Shown piece by piece: positions 1-8,678 of a stretch of DNA of 64,000 nucleotides. The stretch is from a virus (taxonomy: Duplodnaviria > Caudoviricetes). The stretch lies in the IMG/VR virus record IMGVR_UViG_3300045110_000158, positions 644-64,643 of that record; one strand, 5' to 3'. The notes beneath the pieces are model-generated. The model was not told where the DNA came from. It worked only from the letters and a program-made list of their open reading frames with translations, and searched no databases. The stretch's first letter is position 1. Each line of letters begins with the position of its first letter. The position numbers and the translations under genes were made by a program.

Positions 1-21
1 CAGCTCGTCGGTGCGCATGGG

Positions 22-348
22 TCACCTGTCGATACGCCTGTAGGCAAACCTCAACCGTGAACGATAACCCGTCACACGTTGGGTTTGCGGATCAATGACC
101 GGCACCGAAGTCACTGCGTCGTTCAAGACGCTTATCACTTCCGGTGGTACATCCGCTTCAACACCAGCCATCAACAAGTATGGCTTACCATTCGCTGAAA
201 TGTACAACCCAGTCGGCGGAATTCCTGGGTCCTCTTCGAGAACGATCTTGATTCGTGCGGCAGTCTTCACCGGAGGTAGCGCATCCGATAGTTTAGACCT
301 TGCATTGCGCGGCGTCGGTTCGTCGTCCTCAGGGAGCACGGTGTTCAT
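22..348 (-). CDS. Conserved virion-module protein (N4 gp55-like)
   Basis: 108-aa ORF downstream of the capsid cluster; the ISANGKPYLL..GVEADVP.EVISVLNDAV segment recalls N4 gp55-type proteins. Confidence 0.5.
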   Translation of the reverse strand: MNTVLPEDDEPTPRNARSKLSDALPPVKTAARIKIVLEEDPGIPPTGLYISANGKPYLLMAGVEADVPPEVISVLNDAVTSVPVIDPQTQRVTGYRSRLRFAYRRIDR

Positions 349-614
349 TTCTTACTCTCCTCTGCTTTTTCCTCTTCATCACTCTCCTCGACTGCCGCAT
401 CGAAACTAGAAGCAAAATCATCCTTCTTAGTCGGTATGATCTTATCGAGGTTCTTGGTGATGAACGCGATGACCTCAGCCTCATCGTCAAAAACAAACTC
501 CACCTCTGGGTCTAGCCACGGACCATCGGATTTGTTGTTCTTGGCGACGATCGCCGGGTCGTCCATGCAGACAGTGAAGCCGTTCTGCGCCCGCTCGATG
601 CGTATGCTGTTCAT
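345..614 (-). CDS. Hypothetical acidic protein
   Basis: 89-aa ORF with a 4-nt overlap with the next gene; SD-like AAGGA upstream. Confidence 0.65.
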   Translation of the reverse strand: MNSIRIERAQNGFTVCMDDPAIVAKNNKSDGPWLDPEVEFVFDDEAEVIAFITKNLDKIIPTKKDDFASSFDAAVEESDEEEKAEESKK

Positions 615-629
615 CGTTCAAATCCTTGT

Positions 630-2057
630 TCACCCTGACCTTACCAGCCGTCTGGTATCGCCACCAGACTGTGAACCACTCCCCTGGAGCACCATACCGC
701 TCCGGCGCCCGTACAGCGACATGATCTGCTTGGGATACGGGACACTAGCGTACGCATCGCCGACACCAGCCGCTGAACCGTACGCCTCTGCTGTGTGCGG
801 TGGTTGGCTGAACGCGAGCCCGGCACCGTTGGCCTGCCCGAACGAGAACCGCACCCCGATGGTTGAGCTAATCGCAGCCGCATCGCCGGTGCTGGGAGCC
901 TGACCAATAAAGCCCGCGCCGGCCGCCAGATCGCCGACACCCGCGGCCGCACCCGCGGCTTGGACAATCGCCCTTCCAACGCCAGCCGCTGCACCATTTC
1001 CTGGAGCCCGTGCAACAACCGCCCCAAAAGCTGCACCAATAGCCCCCCCAGCTGCAACGGCAACGCCCACAGACGCAACCACCGGCGAGCTGCTGCCAAG
1101 GGCGCTACCGACGCCGCTCGCCACCCCCGAGCCAACCTGTGGCATCGCCGCAACGCCGTCACCAGAACCGATCGCCCGGCCAGTCGACTCGGCCTCAAAA
1201 GCGTACTCTGCAAATGCGTTCCCGAAACCGCTGGCGACCCCAATAGTGGCGTTACCCGAGACACCATGCGCGCCGCCGGACCCAACAGCGAAGGCCAACA
1301 CGCCAGACCCAGACACTCCAGCTGCACTGCCAAAGCCAGCAGAGACGGCCGCCACGCCAGACGCAGACACGCCAGCTGCGCTGCCGAAGCCAGCAGAGAC
1401 AGCCCCCACGCCAACCGCAGACACTCCAGCCGCGCTGCCAAAGCCGGCAGCGACGCCCGCCACGCCGGACGCAGACACTGCAACTGCGCTGCCGAACCCC
1501 GCCGCGGACGCCGCCACGCCAGACGCAGACACTCCAATTGCGTCGCCAAAGCCACCTGCGAACGCCCCCACGCCGGACATGGATGGCGCGGATGCGTGGC
1601 CCTCACCAGTACCAAAGGCCACACCAGCAGCTTCCGTAGGGGCTGCGACGGAACCCTCAGCACTTCCATCTCCGCTCGCCGCGGCAAACCCCGCAGACCC
1701 CTTGACACTGGTAGCACGAGCCGATCCGACCCCGCTCGCCAGGCCATGCATTTTCCTCTGCTTGCCGCCGAGAATGGTGCTGAAAGAGGAAGCGACGCCT
1801 GTGCCAGAAGCACGGCCGGTGGCTAGTGTCGGGATTGGCGACTGGCCTACAGCGGTGCCAACACCTGCCGATTGACCGCTCGCAGATAGCGCCACTCCAC
1901 CTGACGCAATTGCGATACCAAAACCTAGAGCCTGCCCACCCGCTAGAACACTGATCTGCCCAGGCTGGGTGTTGTTGACGACCATGCCCGAGAGCACGTA
2001 CCGGCCATCGACGACCGACGTGCGTCCCAAAGCTGACGTGACATAGGTTGCAGCCAC
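630..2057 (-). CDS. Gly/Ala-rich repeat virion protein
   Basis: 475 aa; tandem ~19-aa repeats (AGFGSAAGVSASGVAA) at about 1290-1560. Confidence 0.6.
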   Translation of the reverse strand: MAATYVTSALGRTSVVDGRYVLSGMVVNNTQPGQISVLAGGQALGFGIAIASGGVALSASGQSAGVGTAVGQSPIPTLATGRASGTGVASSFSTILGGKQRKMHGLASGVGSARATSVKGSAGFAAASGDGSAEGSVAAPTEAAGVAFGTGEGHASAPSMSGVGAFAGGFGDAIGVSASGVAASAAGFGSAVAVSASGVAGVAAGFGSAAGVSAVGVGAVSAGFGSAAGVSASGVAAVSAGFGSAAGVSGSGVLAFAVGSGGAHGVSGNATIGVASGFGNAFAEYAFEAESTGRAIGSGDGVAAMPQVGSGVASGVGSALGSSSPVVASVGVAVAAGGAIGAAFGAVVARAPGNGAAAGVGRAIVQAAGAAAGVGDLAAGAGFIGQAPSTGDAAAISSTIGVRFSFGQANGAGLAFSQPPHTAEAYGSAAGVGDAYASVPYPKQIMSLYGRRSGMVLQGSGSQSGGDTRRLVRSG

Positions 2058-2061
2058 ATCA

Positions 2062-2502
2062 TCAGTCCTCTACACCACGGCGCGCCTCGTTCATGCGACT
2101 CCGAATGCGATCGACATCGGTGACACCGTCCGCGTAACACTCCAGCACCGCGTCGCTCATCGCCTTCTCGATCGCACGCGCACGCGGCACGCTCGCCGCC
2201 GACAGTGCCTTCACGGCGATGCCCACGGCGTTGACCTTATGTGGATAGAGACGATTTGCCCTTGGCTTCCAGTGATCAGGTAAACCTGACGGAAGCCCGC
2301 GCTCGCACAGCCAGGCATGCGAGTAACAACGCAGCCTCAGGGGAATCGACCCAGCCTGAGTACGTGCATAGTGCATCGTCGCCAGCGCTTCGTCATTGTT
2401 CTTTGGCTGAGGCAGATGCGGCGCTACGTGAAACCACAGATCACAAATCCCGACAACATCGAGTTCAATCAGACATCGTCGGAATGCATCTGCATGGTTC
2501 AT
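2062..2502 (-). CDS. Hypothetical protein
   Basis: Likely start MNHADAF at 2502 overlaps the upstream stop (ATGA coupling). Confidence 0.6.
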   Translation of the reverse strand: MNHADAFRRCLIELDVVGICDLWFHVAPHLPQPKNNDEALATMHYARTQAGSIPLRLRCYSHAWLCERGLPSGLPDHWKPRANRLYPHKVNAVGIAVKALSAASVPRARAIEKAMSDAVLECYADGVTDVDRIRSRMNEARRGVED

Positions 2503-2936
2503 GACAACGTGATGGTGGTGGCCGTGGTCAGCACAGGCGTGACCCCCGAGCCGCAGGTGATGTTCGGTGTAACTGTGCCGCTCCAAAGAATCGGTGTCGG
2601 GCCGCCGCCGGTTTTGCCTGTACTGAAATTGGTCGCTACGCCCGCGCCGCCCGAACCGGCCGAGAACGTGATGTTGGAAACAGGCGAGCAGTTCGCAGGA
2701 CCAACGCCCGTCACTGTCCATCCGCCCACCGTACGCGCGACGCTCGCGCGCGAGTAACCGGTATAGGCGACTTCGCTGGTCCCCTGGTTACCACCTGTGC
2801 CCGGGTCGGCTGTGTGCAACGCGATCGCGATGTTGGTCTGGGGTGATGCCGCCGCATTATCCGCATAGTTCGCCCATGCGGTGGCGTTGTAGATCAGCTG
2901 TAAGATCGCCGTCTCAGTCGTGCCAGCAATCGCCAT
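2499..2936 (-). CDS. Small structural protein, paralog of 53282-53716
   Basis: Shares ADNAA..P.TN...LHTADPG.GG.Q..SE.AYTGY.R..V.RT with 53282-53716. Confidence 0.7.
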   Translation of the reverse strand: MAIAGTTETAILQLIYNATAWANYADNAAASPQTNIAIALHTADPGTGGNQGTSEVAYTGYSRASVARTVGGWTVTGVGPANCSPVSNITFSAGSGGAGVATNFSTGKTGGGPTPILWSGTVTPNITCGSGVTPVLTTATTITLS

Positions 2937-2956
2937 GCTCTCGATCTCCGCACGAA

Positions 2957-3349
2957 TCAGCCCTGGATGGCGTAGCAGATATTCTTGGCGCTACCGACCA
3001 TTGCAGCTGACAAAGTCACCGTACCATTACCGGCCAGGTCAGTAGCGACAGTGATCGCACTGGTCGCGTCGAGCACACAAGCAACCGTGCCCAAGGTCGT
3101 CTTGACGCTGTTGATCGCGGGCATACCTACCTGCCAATGCCACATCAGCGCCCCGGTGACGTCCATGATGTCGACCGACAGCGGCGTGAACCCAACATTG
3201 ATCTGCACCGCGTTGCCGGCCGAGGTGAAATTCCCGTAAACGTCCTTGCCCTGGGAGTTCACACTGTTGCCGACCAGATTACCGGGCCCGGTATAAGTTG
3301 CCGGGATGGCGGCGACATGCAGCGAGGTATCAATGATCTGGGTCGGCAT
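2957..3349 (-). CDS. Putative capsid decoration/cement protein
   Basis: 130-aa beta-rich ORF two genes downstream of the capsid gene; strong SD AGGAG. Confidence 0.45.
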   Translation of the reverse strand: MPTQIIDTSLHVAAIPATYTGPGNLVGNSVNSQGKDVYGNFTSAGNAVQINVGFTPLSVDIMDVTGALMWHWQVGMPAINSVKTTLGTVACVLDATSAITVATDLAGNGTVTLSAAMVGSAKNICYAIQG

Positions 3350-3396
3350 GGATAACTCCTACGATCGCGCGATGCTTCACCGCTGTCCTTGCGTAA

Positions 3397-3879
3397 CTAG
3401 TCCGGCTTTCTTGTCACCGGCGCCTCTGGCGCTGCCGGAGGCTCAACCGTAACCTCGATCGTGCCTGCGACTGGTGCGCCAATCTTCTCGATCACCATCA
3501 GATCGGTAGATGCTTGCGCCGAACCAGTCTCGGTTTGCCCGATCGCTGTGACAGTCGCGGGCCCTACCCCTGTCGGAACTACCTTGGCGCTCGTCGGATC
3601 ATCTTCAACCGGCGTCACCGTCACAGGACCAGTCGCTGACCACTCCGACGATGTAACCGCGACGTCACCACCAACCGCATCCTTGAAGCTCACCTTCACA
3701 GTCCCGGAGCCGCCCATCTCGATCTGCGGACGAGGAGGTGCGTCTTTAGCTGCCGCTAGCGTTTCCGCTTGCCTAAGCCGAGCTTCGTGCTGCTCAGGTG
3801 TAAGAGCAATCACATATGGAGGGGTCGCGGGATCGACCTTGTGCTGATCAGCCTTGGGCTGCTCGTGTGCAGGTGCCAC
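3397..3879 (-). CDS. Ig-like-domain head accessory protein
   Basis: V/T-rich beta pattern (EWSATGPVTVTP...GPATVTA); GAGGAG SD before a GTG start. Confidence 0.5.
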   Translation of the reverse strand: MAPAHEQPKADQHKVDPATPPYVIALTPEQHEARLRQAETLAAAKDAPPRPQIEMGGSGTVKVSFKDAVGGDVAVTSSEWSATGPVTVTPVEDDPTSAKVVPTGVGPATVTAIGQTETGSAQASTDLMVIEKIGAPVAGTIEVTVEPPAAPEAPVTRKPD

Positions 3880-3921
3880 GTGAATTCTCCTCTTACCTCG
3901 ATCTCGTTCACTGAACGAGAA

Positions 3922-4989
3922 TTACGCCGTCGCGCAGACCTCCAGGCGAGCCATGAACGCATCCTGCAGGATCACAGTCCCTTGGTAGAGCTTCCAGCCT
4001 ACGGTCCCGCGCTGCGCCAGCGGATCGCCGGCTGCCGGCTTGGGGTTGACCACCATGGGCGTCATCGAGGACTTGCCCTTGAGTGGCACCATACCGAAAG
4101 CATCGCGACCAAAGAATAGAACAGGATACACATCCCAGTTGACGCCGTTGGTCGAACGGTACGTCGTCCCGCCGCTGGTCGCGGCGCCCGCATTGGGGAA
4201 CGGTGTGATCACCGTCGAAGACAGGTAGCGGCATTGCTCGACCGAACCGATCTCGCCCTCAAACGGGGAGGTGTGCGGCCCGTAGCTCGCCACCGGTATG
4301 AAGCCTGTCATGTTGCGGATGTCGGTCTCCAGATCGGGATGGACGAGACCGAAGTACGCAGCTTCCACCGACTTGGTTTGGAAGTCTGGGTTGGACGCCA
4401 CGACCTGGGAAATCTTCTTGGAGTTCTGCCGGTTGAGCCCGGTCGACACCCGGCGCTGGTCAGTCAGACTGAGAACACCGGCAACGTTCGCGCGCCCCGC
4501 AACCAGGTTCTGGTACCAGACGTTGGTGCCCGCCTTGAGTACGTTGAACCGCAGTGTCTCCACCGTCACCGCCGCCTGCTCGCCGAGAATGTCAGTTGCC
4601 TGTTGCAGTATCGGATCGGTGTGGGTGTCCTCGATTACGTCAGTGATCGTGATGTAATCGCCGTACTGGTATAACTGAACCGTATAATCCTGGTTCGCCA
4701 GCATGGAGCCTGCGGGCGTCACGCCCTCGACAAGCGGCGTCAGCGCCAGCGGGATGAAGAACGGTTGCCCGGCGCCGTTGGTACCTCCAGCATTCGGACC
4801 GGCCGTGCCAGTCGCGCCTTGCAGGAAGTAGCGCCGGAATTTGGCGGTCTGCGTCGAGTTGGTCGGCAGCGGGTAAGTCTGGCCGAACTTCTCGATGTGC
4901 AGATAGGGCATCGCCCGCTTGAGCATCCGCACAACGCTGTAGGCCGCCACTGCAGGAGAGATATCGCCATAACTGGTAACTGCAACCAT
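3922..4989 (-). CDS. Major capsid protein, N4-gp56 family
   Basis: YGDISP N-terminus, TAKFRRY, PLVEGVTP, QYGDYITITD and DPLAQRGTVGWK motifs; 355 aa. Confidence 0.92.
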   Translation of the reverse strand: MVAVTSYGDISPAVAAYSVVRMLKRAMPYLHIEKFGQTYPLPTNSTQTAKFRRYFLQGATGTAGPNAGGTNGAGQPFFIPLALTPLVEGVTPAGSMLANQDYTVQLYQYGDYITITDVIEDTHTDPILQQATDILGEQAAVTVETLRFNVLKAGTNVWYQNLVAGRANVAGVLSLTDQRRVSTGLNRQNSKKISQVVASNPDFQTKSVEAAYFGLVHPDLETDIRNMTGFIPVASYGPHTSPFEGEIGSVEQCRYLSSTVITPFPNAGAATSGGTTYRSTNGVNWDVYPVLFFGRDAFGMVPLKGKSSMTPMVVNPKPAAGDPLAQRGTVGWKLYQGTVILQDAFMARLEVCATA

Positions 4990-5010
4990 GGAACTACTCC
5001 TGGCTTAAGG

Positions 5011-6042
5011 CTATGACGCCCGAGCGAACTCCGCGAAGGCACTGTCAAAGTCAGTTGGAGGTGCAACTACGTTGGTCCGCTTGGTGCTCACCGGCGCGAG
5101 ACGCGCCGCGGCTGCAGCCAATGCAGGGTTCACAGGTGCAGGTGCAGGTGCAGGTGCCGGCGCTGATGCAGGTGCCAGGGCAGCGGCGGCAGGTGCCGGC
5201 TGACCCCCTTGTGCTGGCGTGATGGACTGCATGTCCTGCTTGTACCGATTGATGAGATCGACGACCTCAGCCGCCGTTCCGGATTTGATAACATGGTCAT
5301 AAGCTGAGCGCAAATATGCAGGTTGTTTTGCCGTCCAGGAAGTCAGCTGACTTACGACGGTTTCGTAGTCCGGTACCTGCCCCTGCAACTCGGACAGCTG
5401 CGATCGGTCCGCCAGGGTGTCGACGGTCTGCAGGTAAGGCGCCAGCGACGCAGCCATATCCGCGTACATGCGTCGCGCGGTTTGCGTCATGATGCCCTTG
5501 ATCATCGTCTCGGTAGCCCGAGCAACATCTGGCCAATCAGTATAAAATTGCTGCAGCTGAGTTACTTCCTCAGCATTGAAAAGGGGCGGTTCTTGATATT
5601 GCTGGGGTTGTGGCTGTGGCTGCGGCTGCAACGGAGGCTGCGGCTGTGCCTCCGCCTGCGGCGGAGGTTGCGGCGTAGGCGTCGGCGCCGCCGCCGCGGG
5701 CGGCTCTACAGGTGGCGACTCGGGCGGCTGCGGTGCAGCCGGCGCCGCCGATTCAGCGGGTTTTGATGCCGCCTCGGGCGTCGGTGCAGCCGGCGCGGGC
5801 GTCTTAAGATTGGCAGCGGAAGCCGGCTCAGTCGGCCCCGCATCCACCTCGGCAGCTATGGCCTCGGTGAATGCCGTATCGAACGGATCGGGTACTGAGG
5901 ATATAGCTACCGGGGATTCAGCTGCCGCGGGCGCAGGCGTGGGCGCTGGCGCAGGTGCTGCGTCCGCGGGTGCCTGCGCCGCAGGCGCAGGTGCGGGAGC
6001 CGGTGCAGGCGGCGCGGCCGCGGCGCGCGGAGCACGTGCCAT
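5011..6042 (-). CDS. Putative scaffolding protein
   Basis: Directly upstream of the capsid gene; Pro/Ala-rich disordered N-half, helical core, C-terminal DFDSAFAEF. Confidence 0.65.
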   Translation of the reverse strand: MARAPRAAAAPPAPAPAPAPAAQAPADAAPAPAPTPAPAAAESPVAISSVPDPFDTAFTEAIAAEVDAGPTEPASAANLKTPAPAAPTPEAASKPAESAAPAAPQPPESPPVEPPAAAAPTPTPQPPPQAEAQPQPPLQPQPQPQPQQYQEPPLFNAEEVTQLQQFYTDWPDVARATETMIKGIMTQTARRMYADMAASLAPYLQTVDTLADRSQLSELQGQVPDYETVVSQLTSWTAKQPAYLRSAYDHVIKSGTAAEVVDLINRYKQDMQSITPAQGGQPAPAAAALAPASAPAPAPAPAPVNPALAAAAARLAPVSTKRTNVVAPPTDFDSAFAEFARAS

Positions 6043-6052
6043 GGATCATCTC

Positions 6053-6325
6053 CTACTCAGTCGTTGTACGTTCACCTGACAGATCATTCAAAAGTTTCTC
6101 AATGAAACGTGCCTCACCTTGCAGTAAAGCTACATCATTGAGGGACGCCTTGACTAGGCGGTTCTGGCATAGGCCCAGGCGGACCGACAGGAGCAGGCGC
6201 AGGGCCACCAGCTCCGGGGCCGAGCGCGCCTGCTGCAAGCGCCGCAGCAAGTCCGCCTCCTGCTGGCGGGCCTTGGGGGGTTGGTGCGGGGGAAGCTCCA
6301 GCGGCAGCGGGTCCTGTAAGCTCAT
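6053..6325 (-). CDS. Small conserved portal-to-scaffold gene
   Basis: Helical protein ending LLQGEARFIEKLLNDL; overlaps the portal 3' end by 191 nt. Confidence 0.6.
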   Translation of the reverse strand: MSLQDPLPLELPPHQPPKARQQEADLLRRLQQARSAPELVALRLLLSVRLGLCQNRLVKASLNDVALLQGEARFIEKLLNDLSGERTTTE

Positions 6326-8669
6326 CCTGCATACCTTTCTCTAGGATGCCCAGCGCCGTATCCACCAGCTGCGCGTCTGCATTGGCGGTGTTCTTCTGCC
6401 CCTGGGCGATGTTCTTGAATGCATCGGATAGTATCTTGCGCAGGTTGGCTTCGAGGAGCTTCTTCTGCTGATCCTGCTGATCCTGCTGAGCCTGAGCCTG
6501 AGACTGCTGGCGCCGGCTCGCTTCGTCCTCGGTCACCAGGATGTCGTCCATGTCCCTGGCCCTGACCTGAGCTTCGGTGAGCTTGCGCTCGTCGACGTGG
6601 ATCATCTGCTCGGGCTTGAGCGTCTGCACCAGCGAATCAGCCTGCATGCCGCGAAGCTCCTTGGCCATGAGGCTGGTCGCGCCACGGGCAACCACGTCGT
6701 AGTCGCCATCGGGCGCCTGGTCCGGATTGAACACCCGATTGAACAGCACCATCGAGTTGATGAGGCTTTGCGTGAAAGTATCGAACGACCGAATGACATC
6801 TTTGAAAGGAAGAGCTTGGTCACCACGAAGCATGCTCGCGCCCGCCGCCGTACGTAGCGGCTCACTTGGCTGCTTCTCCATATCGCCACCCGTCGCCGGA
6901 CCGACGAACGTCTCACTATCCGCGAACTTCAATCCCAGTTCGACGATCTTCAGGAGACTATCGAGGTGGGCGTCGATCTGAACATTGCGCACTGCTGGCC
7001 ACTGCGCCTCGGGCCCAGAGCCTTCGCGGTACCAAACTTTGTACGCGGCGATGGCGGACAAATCCTGATCGAGACGTAACAAGTCAGTGTTGAGTTCCAG
7101 GTTAGGGCCGCACACGACGCTCGCGTTATCGAGCAGCATGCGCACAGCGGCAGCGACCATCATTTGTGAGTCGCGTATCGCTTGCGGTAGACCAAAGCCG
7201 ACTGGGCTGGTGTCGTCCTCATCGAACAAGAACGTGTGGATCATCCGCGGTATCGGTATCGAAGGCATCTCCTTGGCGAGTTCCTCCCAAGGATTGAGAC
7301 GCGCACCAATGACGTTGGCGTCGAGCATCCAGATTTCCGCGTCGATGTAATCGGAAAGCTTGTCCGCAGAAACCTCTACACCGACCTCCTGGAGCAGCGC
7401 GCCGTCCACTGAGCCATGCCACACCATGACCTCGTACTTCATCGTCTCCGTTTTCATTTCGTTGACGTTGACCTTGACGCCCATCGCCCGCAGCTCCTGT
7501 TCGAACTGCTGCGGACGATAATTGCCTACGGGGTAGCGCGTGAGATAGGAGTCGATGACGTTCTGGAAAAAGTCAGGTCTTCCTCCTAACTCCTTCACCT
7601 GCGTCTTGCTCATGACAAGGCGCACGAAGTAGCCGTCCATGCCCGTCAACGTCTTGGCGCTCAGATCAGGGTAGAAATCCCAAACCGGGAGAAATTCAAA
7701 ATAAGGTTTGAAGACTGTCTGCTTGATCGGCTTGACGATCGGCGTCGGTGTGGGCGGCGCCGCACCATTCATCTTCGGCGCACCGCCGTTCATTTGCTGC
7801 GCACCCGATGTGGGTAACCCTTGGCCAGGCACCCGCATTGTAGGTAATCCCGGCTGATTAGGTGGACCGGGCGGCCCAGGCTGTGCTGGGGACAACCCTG
7901 TGGGTATACCTGCCGGCGGCTGTATCACTTTCCACGTCACGCTCTCCGACTTGCGCACAAAGGGTCCACGCAGGACACCAAGGCCATACATAATCCCGGA
8001 GCGGATCACTGCACGGTTCAAGGCGACGTAATCCAGAGCTTGGTGCCCGCCTAACTCCTGCAACTGGTCGTCGATTAGCCGACCTAATTTATCGGCGCGC
8101 AAATCAGCGTAACGCTCAAGTGCCGTCATCACATAGCCGTTGAAGGCGAACGAATCAGATGGGTCAGGTGAGGGCACACCCGCCATCTGATCCTTCTCTT
8201 GAGCCAGCTGGATTGCCTCCCGAACTTCTTTGACAGTGATATCCGGCCACGGCGACGCATGGATTTCCCAGTTGCGCTCGTTGCCCTGGAACATCAGGTT
8301 CATGATTCGCGCGAGCACGCTAATGCACTTTGTTCTTGTGATCTTGGGGTACGCCTTGGACCGATTGGGCGACATCGCCTTCTCGACCTCGGGATCGTAG
8401 ATGCCAAGATACTGGCGCTGGTTCGCCAACCACCGCAGCTCGACGATGCGGCGATCGCTGACGTACTGCATGAATATCTGATTGAAGCGCTGACCTAACG
8501 TGCGAAGCACTTCAGAGGAAATCTTCTTGACCGGTGCGTCAGACCCAGGAGGAACAGACTTATCCTTGCCGGGAGCAGGCGTAGGAATATCAAGAGCCGG
8601 CGGCTTGAGAGCCGGATCAGGATATGCCTTCGCCGTATTCAGCGGCGTCCCTGAAGTCTCGATCGGCAT
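6135..8669 (-). CDS. Portal protein
   Basis: 844 aa immediately after the terminase; VWDFYPD, GFGLPQAIRDSQ, MLLDNA and RTAAGASML motifs of podovirus portals. Confidence 0.85.
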   Translation of the reverse strand: MPIETSGTPLNTAKAYPDPALKPPALDIPTPAPGKDKSVPPGSDAPVKKISSEVLRTLGQRFNQIFMQYVSDRRIVELRWLANQRQYLGIYDPEVEKAMSPNRSKAYPKITRTKCISVLARIMNLMFQGNERNWEIHASPWPDITVKEVREAIQLAQEKDQMAGVPSPDPSDSFAFNGYVMTALERYADLRADKLGRLIDDQLQELGGHQALDYVALNRAVIRSGIMYGLGVLRGPFVRKSESVTWKVIQPPAGIPTGLSPAQPGPPGPPNQPGLPTMRVPGQGLPTSGAQQMNGGAPKMNGAAPPTPTPIVKPIKQTVFKPYFEFLPVWDFYPDLSAKTLTGMDGYFVRLVMSKTQVKELGGRPDFFQNVIDSYLTRYPVGNYRPQQFEQELRAMGVKVNVNEMKTETMKYEVMVWHGSVDGALLQEVGVEVSADKLSDYIDAEIWMLDANVIGARLNPWEELAKEMPSIPIPRMIHTFLFDEDDTSPVGFGLPQAIRDSQMMVAAAVRMLLDNASVVCGPNLELNTDLLRLDQDLSAIAAYKVWYREGSGPEAQWPAVRNVQIDAHLDSLLKIVELGLKFADSETFVGPATGGDMEKQPSEPLRTAAGASMLRGDQALPFKDVIRSFDTFTQSLINSMVLFNRVFNPDQAPDGDYDVVARGATSLMAKELRGMQADSLVQTLKPEQMIHVDERKLTEAQVRARDMDDILVTEDEASRRQQSQAQAQQDQQDQQKKLLEANLRKILSDAFKNIAQGQKNTANADAQLVDTALGILEKGMQDELTGPAAAGASPAPTPQGPPAGGGLAAALAAGALGPGAGGPAPAPVGPPGPMPEPPSQGVPQ

Positions 8670-8678
8670 TCTATCTAC

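Noticed and set aside
641-1875. Long alternative-frame and antisense ORFs here and over the collagen, AAA, VWA, primase and 2180-aa genes
   Set aside because: Expected shadows of GC-rich repetitive coding sequence; no SD or recognisable motifs
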